Shown in pieces: positions 22,101 through 32,405 of a DNA stretch of 43,767 nt. Position numbers and translations under genes: made by a program. How positions within the stretch are numbered: the stretch's first letter is position 1; every line of letters begins with the position of its first letter. The stretch spans positions 62,001 to 105,767 of the forward strand of contig LVLI01000279.1 in assembly GCA_001687465.1 (NCBI GenBank), in the 5' to 3' direction. Source of the stretch: Halocafeteria seosinensis. Its lineage: Eukaryota. The notes beneath the pieces were generated by a model, which searched no databases, was not told the DNA's origin, and worked only from the letters and a program-made list of their open reading frames with translations.

Positions 22101-25100
22101 TTTGGGAGAGAAATGGGACGAGCTGTGGAACAGCGTAACCCTGCGGTCGAGCAGCGAGTTCTGAGTCAAGCACGTTCTTCCCTGAACGACCAACTCAACG
22201 AACTAGAGGAGAAAATTGGCTCTATCATTGGAAGAATTATGCCCATGAGCAATAACTTGGGAGACTCTCGTGAAGCCCTCATACAAAAATTGGGAGACGT
22301 TTTGAAGAACGTTCGAGCTTCCAGTGAGGGAGCTGAAGCTTTGACTAGGGACTCTCAAGTTACCAACAATAGAATAGTGGATTTGATATCTCAGGTAGAC
22401 GCGCTAATGCAGCGTTTGCGGAATCCTGTGGATGAAGGAGGCCAACCTGCGGAGTACGAGGACGAAGACGTCGATGACAAGTGGTACGCAGATGCTTACT
22501 ATGAAGAAGCTAACGCCAAAGAGGATAAGAAAAACAAGGAGGACCAGACTCAGCTAAATGAACGGTTCGAGCGAGAGACTGCGGCATTAGAAGAAGACTA
22601 TAGGCAACGATGGAGTGAAACAAAGAAAGAATATGAACAGTCGTTGATAGACGAGGGTATTGACGAGTCTCAGCGACAACGATTGCTTGAAGAGTTTGAC
22701 AATGATCAAAAGAATTTGGTCAGCATGCTGCAGAAAGAAAAGGAGCGACAGGAATCAGCGTTATCTGCGAAGCTGGAGGAGCGGAAACGGGAAAAATTAG
22801 CCCATAAAATGAGGATCAAGCAAGGCCGGCTTGTTGAGGACATGGAAAAGCAGCAACAACAGCAGATAGCTGATCAAGAGGCTGAGAAGCGTCGACAACT
22901 ATCAGAGTTAGAGAAAGAAGTACATGAAGAGCCAACAGAAGCTTTGAATCCTGAAGAAAACGTTCACACCGCGTCTCAGCGACAGTTGGATAAACTCCGT
23001 GAACAGTGCCGTCAGGAGACTGATAGACTATCGGCAGCTTTTCAGGATGAGCGTCGCCGACAGCAACAAAGTCTGCGGGAAAAATTGGAGAAAAGGCGCC
23101 AAGAGAAGGCGAGGCAACTTGAGGCGAGGCAGCAAGAGCGGTTGCTGGCCGCTGAAACAGACGAAGAGCGTAGGAAGCTGGCTGACCAACACAATGAAGA
23201 GTGGGTTGAGTTGGAGCAGGAGCTGGGTGCACTCAATGAACGAGATACAGTTGCGTTGCGAAAGCAACTTGAAGACTCCCAAGCGAAGTACAGCAACGAA
23301 TTGAAAGAAACGAGGAAGCAGATGGAATCGAAGGCTTCTTCTGTTTTGGACGATGCTAAGCGCCAGAATGAGAACAACCTACGAGGTGTAATCGCAGAAT
23401 TGAACAAGGAAGAGAACGAAAAACTGAACGAAATCCATGCCGAATTTGACAGAAAAATCAATGATAGTGGCACAGAGGAGGAGCAACAGAGACACGAAGA
23501 GGAGAAAACCCAAAGGCTTCAACAGGCGAAGTCGGATTATGAGACGAGGCGGCGCAAAGCTGAATGTAATGCAGAAGATGCATTGAGCGAAATGGAAGCT
23601 AAACTGAAGTCCTTCAATGTAGAAAATCAGCTCAATGATACTTATCGCAAGCACGAGATCGAAGCGCAAAAACTAAAAGATGCTCAAAATATAGAGCGTG
23701 CCAAACAAATGGATACCTTAGAACGCAAACTGGCAGCAAACAGACAGAGACGGCAGCAGAAACTCCTTATAGAACAATCTTCCGAGCTCGCACAGGCGAC
23801 TGCCGAAGAAAAACCTTCCATTCGCCAAAAGCATAACCAACAAGTGGAGGATCTTGAAAACGAGCTAGAAAACGAGGAGGCGAAAGAGTGGGAGCGGTGG
23901 AATCAACAATTCCAGGAAAACGACAAGGCGTCTGAAGAGAAAATCAGCAAAATTTACGAGGAGATGGACAAAGAACTGTCCAAGGTGAAAGAAAGTCTGG
24001 GTAGAGAAAAGGATCGCCAGAATCAGCGATTGTCGAAGAAGCTCAGAGAGAGGCGGGAGCGACAGATCCAAGCACTCGAAGAACAGAGGGCTGCAGATCT
24101 CAAGGCTGCAACTTCAGATGAAGCTAGACAGCACGTGGAGAGCCTTTATGAGGAGTCGAAGGGATCCATTGAAGAAGCCAACCGAGAGAGCCCTGCAGTC
24201 GAGGAACTGCAAGCCCACTTGGAGGAACCCCTTGCAGTATACGAGCAGCTCCGAGATGTTTACAAGAAGAAAGATGAGGATTATCGGGATCTTGAAGATA
24301 GAAAAATGCGAGAGATGCAAAGGCAAAAAGCTGAGATGGCAAACAAACTCCAACGGCGGAGAATGAAGAAGCAAATGGAGACCTTGCAGCGCCAGGCGGA
24401 ATACGGAATGGGTATGTCCCAGGAGGAGAGGGAAGCCGAGGCGAAACACGTGGTCGATGATTGCGATGAAGAAGAAGCGTACGAACAAAAGCGACTGGCT
24501 TTGCAGCTTCGAAAGACGGAATCCTTGTATGACGCATACAAAAGAAAAGCTGACGTCGACGTGGAGGAAGAACTATCGAAGATTCGTGACGAATACTACG
24601 AGAACAAATTCGCGGCAGACTCCAGAAGGGAACAAGAAAAGTCTCGACAGCAAGCATTAACAAACGAACGGTTACGTCGCCGCCGACAAAGGAAGATAGC
24701 TCAAAAGAAAAAGGATCAGGAAGCGGAGACGATTAAGATGCTCGAGAATCAACAACAGCAGATCAACTCAAATGATGCATTCACGGTCGATAAGCAAGAT
24801 GACTCTTGGGAAGAACGTGTGGCTCAACAAGTTCAGGAGCTGGGAACCCATGATGAGGAATCCTGGAAAGAAACTGAAGAAGACGCTTCTACTGAGGAGG
24901 ACGACTATACACGCCTGCTGGATGAGCAGCACGAGGAAGCAGAACAAAACCAGAAGGAAGCCGTGGAGCAGGAAGATATGTACTGGGAGAAAAAACTGGA
25001 CGAAAAGCGTAAGGAATACGATCAGCTGTTGCAGACGGCCTCTACCCATGCCGAAATTGAGAGGCTGAAGGAACAACGTGATAAAGAAATTGAACAACTA

Positions 25101-27689
25101 GAGCAAAAGAAAGATACTGAAAAGCAGAGGCAACATGATCGCCTGAGGAAGCGCTTAGAAGCCCGTCGTAAACGTAAAGAAGAGGCAATGAAACGTAGAA
25201 AACAAAAAGAGGCAAGACAACCTGTCGCCAAAGAGGATATGTCGAGTGCTGCTGCCCCCGGACAGCAAATGTCGGAACGAGAACGTACTAGGCAGATGAT
25301 TTCCAGGATCCTCGAGAGCGAACTATCTCGAGATCCCTCGTTGGAGAATAGGAAGGGTGAAATAGTAGAGAGAGTTCTTCAAGAGAAGCATGACAAACAG
25401 AGGAATGACAAACTGGCGGAGCAGTACACGGAGAAGACTCAAGCTCTGCGGGATACTCTTCAAGAGCTGCAATATTCGAAGCAAGAGGAGCGAGAAGATC
25501 TCGTTGCGAAAGTACAAAATGGATTGATTCCTGAAGACTCTTTGGATGGCCAGTTACAGGAACTACACCGGAAATATGAACGGCGGCAACAAGAAGCCCA
25601 AAACGACGTCAGCGAGAGAATGGATTCTAAGCATTCCGAAGAACTATTGAAACTGAGACAAAAGCAACTCTCAGAACTTCATGATATGCTTGAGGAGTTT
25701 GCACCCGAAGATGATGTGGTTCGACGCGAAGCGGAGAAAGCCAATAAAGAGACTGAACAGTTGCAAGAGTTTCAGTCACGTCTACGCAAAGAGAAAGAGG
25801 AGCGTATTGCCAAGATCAAAGAAGAAAGGCGACAGGCCGAAGAAGAGATCAGACGGAAGAATGAAGAGCAGATACGCGAATTGGAACAGCAAATGGAGGA
25901 AGAGAAGAAGAGACACGAAAGGAAGGTGCAAAAGCAGAAAGAAGAAATGCAGGCACGCATAGAGGAAGAACGCAAGAAACGCGAGGAAGAGGCCGCACAA
26001 CTCGACGAAAATGAGAAGGAGAGGATAATGAAACAATTTGAACAAGAGAAAAAGGTGCAAGAAGAGAAGCGCGATGCTGAGCGACAAAGGCAGTACGAAA
26101 GAATGCAACGCAAACTAGCGGCAAGAAAAGCAAAGCTGCAGGAACAACGGCGAAAGGAGCTGGAACAGAAGAGGGAGAGCCTGGACCAAAAAGAAGCTCA
26201 AGAAAAACAAGCATCTCGCGCAAAGGAACAGGCATTCAAGGATAGAATGGAAAAGAAACCAGAGCCTCCAAAGCGTCAAAAGAGCGCTAGACAACTGCCT
26301 TCTGTGGCCGAGGAGCCTAGTAGAAGCAGTAGTCACACACGGATGAAGGCTCCCGCTAGCGGAAGTCCCTCGAAAGAAACGTTTCAACAACTTCAGTCGA
26401 TGAGCACAAAACTAGAGCAAGTAGAAAAGGTTATCAACAATTTATTCGAACACTTCTCACAGAAAGGAAAACAGTCAGGGCAAGACCCTACAAATGAGAA
26501 GCCGTTTGTCGATTCCAAGGACATTCTTTCTGTTTCTCAACTGAGCGAGAGGGAAGCCCCAATGCTTACTTTTATTCAGAATATGAGTTCAGCGGTATTA
26601 GGGTCTCCTGCCGTGTCTGAGCTACATTTCGTTCCTGTAGAAAAGCTCCAAGATTATTCTGGTTCTGCCCAGTACGCGTGGAATGGTGAGAATCGCACAA
26701 TTTACATTCCTCGAAGAACTCTTGCCTCGTCTGGTGAATGCACAGCGCTTGTAAACAACTTCACTGCAAACTACTCCTTGGATCCCCGGGAACTCAAGGG
26801 GGAAGCGTTTCCCAATTTTAACCAAGAGCTGACGCGATCGATGCGTCTGACCAGCCAGTACTTAATAAGTGCTCCACGTGGAAGCGTGCAGTCTACTCAG
26901 GACTCCCAGAATCAGAAGAAAAAGGGGTTGCTCAGTGAACGGTCACGGATGAGTCTTTTGTCCCGGACGAACACGCTGAAGAATGTTTTTGACCAGCAAG
27001 ATAGTAGTGGAGATGGAACTGGAAGCTTGAGTGAACTAAGTGAGGATGAAGAAGTCGTCGATTCGTATGAACCCCAGTGGCCCGTTGGAAGTCTCAGTGA
27101 TCGACTACATAACATCGGAATGGGAGAAAATCAAAGCGTTCAACAGTATCTGGCCGATCTGGAAAAATCGGTGCTGGATGCACCTGGGGAAACTGAGGAG
27201 GAAACTGACGAGGACGAGATCACCGAGTCCTCGCAGACGGAGCGCCATCATCACAAACAGCAGAGCGTCGACGCGTACCGTCAGACATTGCAGCAAGAAA
27301 TCCAGCAGCTACAGGACCGAATCAGTAGTACCTCTGAGGAAATTGTTAAGAACCTGGATAAGCAAAATTCGTTGGAGGAACAGCTAGTTGCTGCTAAAGA
27401 CGAATTAACTTCACTCCAGAATCGTCAATCGGAGGACGATTCTGAATCGAACGAAAACGCTATCTCGAGAGCCCGTGTTCAGATCGAGAAAATCGAGAAG
27501 CAACTGAAAAAGTGCACGGAGCAGCACAGCTCTTTGTCTAAGCGAATGGAATCCCTTGAACAAATGCTTGAGACAAGGACTTCACAACTGAAGAAGTTGG
27601 ATAACCAGTCTTTGAGCGATCAGTATGAGACTATCACTCAAGAAACAGGCGGAGTCGCTGCGGCGACGCCAAAGCGTGACTCCACGTAG
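10133..27689 (+). CDS. Giant Cys-rich repeat type-I membrane protein, paralogue B (~5826 aa, 2 exons)
   Basis: Exon 1 (10133-10349) encodes signal peptide MSEEGRKMRGGFLSLAVVVSLALVHTVDA and the first CPAGYEC repeat. Intron 10350-10425 (GTATGA..TCCAG, 76 nt) joins in frame to exon 2 (10426-27689). Cys repeats run to about 20380, then a juxtamembrane domain (YPVYVKDSLLNSNPGFDYGPF, FTFTEPGLYVF), a TM helix LIGGLIGGLLGVVIVVMSGVYMY (~21165-21233) followed by RKR, and a ~2150-aa E/K/R/Q-rich tail. Confidence 0.93.
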
Positions 27690-27797
27690 GAGTTTTTGCA
27701 CAGTCATTACTGCGCACATGTAAGACTAGTTGTGCAACGTACGGTAAAATCTAATACACAAACAGTTTCATTTCGCATTGTTATTCATATATGTAAG

Positions 27798-29395
27798 TTA
27801 TAGCTCATCTTTCGTATCGTCCTCCTCAGCGATATTGACCTCGGTCTTTGCATGCTTCTTAATGAAGTTCACAATAGCTTCTGCTTTGCGATCTCCACTG
27901 TATGGTACCACTTCCCCTTCCTTATCGGCAGGGAAGAAATAAAGGGTGGGGAAACCAGTAACCTCAACCCCTGGATAGTCCACTTCGTTCGAAGTTGCAT
28001 CCATCTTACCCAAAATTACATCCTTACTGTCAGCTAATCGTTCAGCAGCCTTTGCATATTCAGGAGCCAAGGCTTTGCAATGTCCGCACCAAGGAGCATA
28101 GAACTCAACTAGAACGTCCTTACTGCTATCTAAAGCCACATCTTCAAAGTTCTTTCCTACAACAATCTTAACGTTGTCCTCATAATCGTCCCCTTCGGCA
28201 GGAATCGGATCAGATTTCAGGAAGGGTTTGATGTTACCCTTAAAGAAGTCCGTCAAGAAGTCATTGATAGCATTGTACGAAAAGTCGTGTTCACCACTGT
28301 CTGACGCGGGGTATCTGTACTTCTTCATCTGGCTATCGGGAGGCATTTCAACGAGCACGGCAGTCGGTAGGTCATCTTCAGTTATCTCGAAGAAATTCAT
28401 AATTCTGTTCTCTGCGGGTGAAACTGTAATGAATAGCACTTCTCCTTTGTGATCCACAGCAGCCTTTTCGTAGTTTTCCAGGATTTCTTCACTACCTTCA
28501 GCATCCCTATCCACAAACAGCAGGAAATGTCTATTGACGTGGCCCTTAAAAATTCGGCCAGACAATTCATTAGAGAAGGGGATCACGAGGGGGAGCGAGT
28601 TCACATCAATGAATTTTGCCAAGGCCTCTTGGTCGGTCAACTCACCATCGTAGACTACATTTCCCTTGTCGGTGCTGAAGTTTTTCACGACGACCACACT
28701 TTCTCCGCTGGGAGCATCAATGGCTTTTCTCACCTCTTCACTTTCGGCCACAACAAACTTCACGTCGTCGTTACCGTCAGCAATCTTTTCGAACGTCTTG
28801 GCGGCCTTCCCGTCAGATTTATCGAAGAAGCCGAAAACAGTAACATCGTTCTTCTGAGTCTCTTCCTCGGCTTTCTCCCCGCTTTCAACGCTAGCAGCTG
28901 GGGGTCCTGAGCGCTTCAGCACCCATTGTACGATACCGTTGGCGGTTCTATCTCCCGTGTACTCCGTTGCCTTGCCATTCTTGAAGAATTTCAGAGTAGG
29001 GAATCCTTTGACTCCATACTCCTCCGCAGACTTCCTGTTTTCAGTAGCGTCTAGTTTGGCCAAAGCATGACCTTCTTTCTTCAATTCTTTGGCTGCCTTC
29101 GCGTATTCAGGCGCTAATGCTTTACAATGTCCACACCACGGAGCATAGAATTCCACCAAGAGTGTGTCAAACTGTTCCAAGGCATCATCAATGGTATCGT
29201 CCGTCAATACGATCACATCGTCTTCCTCCTCGAACTGTAAATTCAAAACATACCCCACATGCATATAAAAGGTGATACACCTCCAAAAAGCACCAAACGC
29301 AATGAAGAAAGAGAACGTACCGAAGACTCGGCAGATACGGCCGCCAGAGACATCATTGCCGCTGCCAAGAGGCAGACATTGCGTACTAACTTCAT
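27798..29395 (-). CDS. PDI: Protein disulfide isomerase, classical a-b-b'-a' type (503 aa)
   Basis: Two VEFYAPWCGHCK active sites, GFPTL cis-Pro loops and C-terminal KDEL. Signal-peptide exon 29395-29321 (MKLVRNVCLLAAAMMSLAAVSA), intron 29320-29235 (GTACGT..CAG), exon 29234-27798. Confidence 0.96.
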
Positions 29396-29436
29396 TTTGC
29401 CTTTAATATGTGCGTCTTACTCCTCGATCACGAGTC

Positions 29437-29705
29437 CTGTAAGGGGTAAAATAAAGGCATTACAGATAAAAAGGAATTCTAGCCACAAGGCACTTCCGTG
29501 CAGAAGTGAAGTGGGCTCGCCCTTGGGACTACAGCTCCCTTTGGCGAGCCCACCGCCGAAACTACAAAAAGACTCAGGTCTTTTTGTTTCCCCCCGCCCT
29601 CACGTCACAGACGATCTTTCGCGGTAGCTCTCCTCCATACACGGGAGAAAACGCAAAAAGCCGAGCACCAAATGGTACTGTCGACAAGGAGGAGATAGTG
29701 CTTAC
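29437..29705 (-). other. Predicted 269-nt structured intron in the PDI 5' UTR
   Basis: Strong donor CAG|GTAAGC at 29705 and pyrimidine-rich acceptor TTTATTTTACCCCTTACAG| at 29437, 41 nt before the PDI ATG. The interval contains several perfect inverted repeats. Confidence 0.55.
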
Positions 29706-29763
29706 CTGGAGTCTGAATCGCGGCCTTTCTGAGTGTGTATTCACAACTCTTTCCTGTTTCCTA

Positions 29764-29940
29764 GATTGGTCCGTGTGCGGTGAGGGCGCGGTGAGCGCCC
29801 GAAAAGGTCCGGACCCTTGCCGGATGTGGCCGGGGGCTTCGGCCACAACCGCGAAAAGCGACACGCGTCGTCTGTGGGAATCGGAAGATCCGGTAGGGTT
29901 ACCAGATTCCTGAACTGAACGAAGAAGGGATGGACCGGTT
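29764..29940. promoter_or_regulatory. GC-rich multi-hairpin cassette upstream of PDI (promoter or unassigned structured RNA)
   Basis: Adjacent inverted repeats: GGGCGC/GCGCCC (29784-29800), palindrome GGTCCGGACC (29806-29815), TGTGGCCG/CGGCCACA (29825-29847), GGAATC/GATTCC (29877-29910). CCAAT on the minus strand at 29765-29769. Confidence 0.4.
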
Positions 29941-30304
29941 ATCCCCAGCAATCTGTGTGGTAGAGCTATTGATAGGGTGCATTTATTTCTTCGGTTGCTA
30001 CAGTTTGGGAATTCAGCTGCGGACACATTTCCATGTTGGTTGGCAAACTCCCAATAACACGTCGAAAATCTGCTGGGAACGATTCCTTAGATATATCCGC
30101 CTTCTCATTGCCTGAAGGAATGAGAATTATAGCATTGGGGCGCTAGCGTCTAAGCCTCGGTACTCGCAACAGATTCAGATTCCTGCCCTAGTGACACACA
30201 GTCGAAACCATGTGTACCAGTTATTGGGGGGTTCCAATGCTTATTAAAGCACTCTTGAATTCCTATTGTCGGGCTTGGTCAACTCAAAAATTCCGTTGCT
30301 ATTG

Positions 30305-32153
30305 TTAAGCAGTCGCCGACATCAAGTCTCTGTACTCCTGTTGATGCTTCTGCATACGGAGGTAGATTTGATACTTCCTCTCGTAAAACGTTGACACACT
30401 TGCAACTGTCGACGGAGTCAAAACACGTGCTAGCGCAGCACTCCCAGACCCAATTCGTAGCATAGCCGTTTTCAGATCAGGATAGATTCCAGAGGCAACC
30501 GCGGCTGCTACTGCACATCCTCGGGTAACAGCGTCATCATTAACGGTGATAACTGGTTTCTGGACCGCCTCTGTAAGAACTTTTGCTATAATAGGATTGG
30601 AAGCAGGCCCGCCGGTCAAGGCGACACGATTGATTATATGCCCTTGCAGCTCCATGTTTTCGATGATTTGCCGCGTTTGCAGTGCCAATCCCTGGACAGC
30701 AGCAAGGTACAGGCAGGCAAGGTCCTCTTTTGTTGCCTCTATTCCGGTTCCTACGATACAACCCCTCATGTATGGATTTGCAAGTGGAGCACGGTTCCCG
30801 TGTATATCCGGATAAACATGCAAGTGTTGGGTTAGCAAGTGATAGCACGCTTTGTCGCCAAACTTCTCAATTGCTAACTGCTGCAGTAAGGAATTCAAGG
30901 AATCGTAGTGCTCTCCCTCGACTTTCATCATAGAGTTCGACGAAGAGGATGAGGAAACCATGTTGTGTACAAACCAGGGATGACTGGAGACCAAGCGGTC
31001 GATCAACGTTGCAAATGCACTTTGGCCGCTCTCATTAAGCCAAAAGCCGGGTAATACTGCGCCATAGTACGGGCCCCATGAGCCTCGCACCTCGAGTTTT
31101 TTATGCGACAACTTCATATGGCACGCAGATGTACCACAAATCAAACCTAGAGTTGTTGTCGCGTCCTCCTTATACTGATCCTCCGCAATAGATGAGCCAA
31201 TGCAATTCATTGAGATCCATGTACCCAGGAGACCAATCATACCAGCGTGTGCATCAATCAGCCCAGCAGATACTGTAATATCACTCGGCAAATTCAGATC
31301 GGATACCACTGCTGACGTTAAATCAGAGGACACTGCTGTTCCCACCTGTTGAGCGGAAATGTCTCCGGAGGCTTCAATTCTTCCTCTGTGATCTGTGACT
31401 AAATCAAGCATATCGATTTGATCGAAAAATCCTAAATCCCAACCATCACCCAATTCAGTTTCTGTGTCTCTACTCCCTTCGACTACTAGATCTCGAACAC
31501 GTTGGGGCTGATACATCCATTTGCATGTCAGCGTGCAAATGCTGCGGGTGAGGCTCCCACTGCATTTGTAGGAAAGCCAATCTGCGAGGTCAAAATAGTG
31601 TGCAGCTTCCCGGTATTGTTCAGGGCGGTATTTTTTGAGCCATTTGAGCTTTGGTATCTCCATTTCTGGGGATATAGAACCGCCGACGCTGCGCAATAGT
31701 GCATGCTGCGATTCGTTTATTTCTCTGGCCTCCTCCACTGCACGATGGTCCATCCATAATATCTGGTACAAACACCAGGACAATGCTTTAAACCTCAGAA
31801 TATGAGTTACAGATAGTTTCACGTACAACATCCCTGCCGCTGCTGTCAATGGAATTGCTACCAGCCTCAATCACCAAGCTACATGTGGCGTCGAAGGTGA
31901 TTCCCACGATGGAATTCGCCAGAGTATCGTCCGACAAGTGATTAGACGCTTTCGCGACGGTGTTTTGAATGGATTCCTTGCAAGCCGCCCAAATATCTGC
32001 AGTGCTTTGCTCGTAGTAATCCGTCTTGGGGTTATAGGTGGGAATGGGCGAGGAAGCTCGGGAGATCGTCACGCCTTCAGCGTTGAAGAGTGATGCACGA
32101 ACGCTGTTCGTTCCAACATCAATACCAAGTACGTAAGAAGTTGATTTCACCAT
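30305..32153 (-). CDS. FGGY: FGGY-family carbohydrate (pentulose/ribulokinase-like) kinase, 594 aa
   Basis: Motifs LGIDVGTNSVRA, GITFDATCSLV, ILWMDHRA, SPEMEIPKLKWL, DLADWL, LIDAHAG, ICGTSACHM, WLNESGQSA, PDIHGNRAP. Exons 32153-31827 and 31762-30305; the 64-nt intron GTACGT..CAG restores DV|ILWMDHRA. Confidence 0.93.
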
Positions 32154-32197
32154 CTTGTGCACCTAACATCCACCTCTAATCAATACAAACTTGACCA

Positions 32198-32230
32198 ACA
32201 TCATGGGCCACATCATGTGGGCCACATGAT
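32198..32230. promoter_or_regulatory. Repeated CATCATG/GGCCAC motif with a 19-bp palindrome in the divergent FGGY/acyltransferase promoter
   Basis: ATCATGTGG-G-CCACATGAT (32212-32230) is preceded by a partial direct copy, ACATCATGGGCCAC. It lies in the ~250-bp gap between two divergent ATGs. Confidence 0.4.
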
Positions 32231-32405
32231 ACAAAATCTATCAAAGCTGCCAACTTCAACTTCAACATGGTCATTCAGCTGTGTTGAGCCCGTTCGGGAG
32301 CTAATGGCGCATAATCGGTCATAATTGTAGCCCTTGTCAGTTTAAGTTTACTGTTTCACACTGCATGGTATCGTGGCTGGCTTCCGGAACTGCACTGGAT
32401 AGAAG

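Noticed and set aside
210..27387. Many 60-190 aa alternative-frame and antisense ORFs inside the giant genes
   Set aside because: These are shadow ORFs expected from biased Cys/Pro/Gly and Glu/Lys/Arg codons, with no independent motifs.
29698..29710. GTGCTTACCTGG resembling the U1 snRNA 5' end
   Set aside because: No U1-70K loop (GAUCANGAAG), U1A loop or Sm site follows. It is better explained as a minus-strand splice donor.
29776..29826. Hammerhead-like UGA-stem-GAAA-stem arrangement
   Set aside because: The core CUGA is replaced by GCGG, the cleavage position would be G, and stem I is out of register, so it is not a credible active ribozyme.
29894..29901. TAACCCTA on the minus strand as a telomerase RNA template
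   Set aside because: Only 8 nt, sitting inside a small hairpin, with no recognisable flanking telomerase elements. It is unsupported without a covariance search.
29506..30115. ORFs 29506-29913, 29574-30026 and 29930-30115
   Set aside because: Non-ATG or weak starts and no protein-like features; they are a by-product of the GC-rich palindromic sequence.
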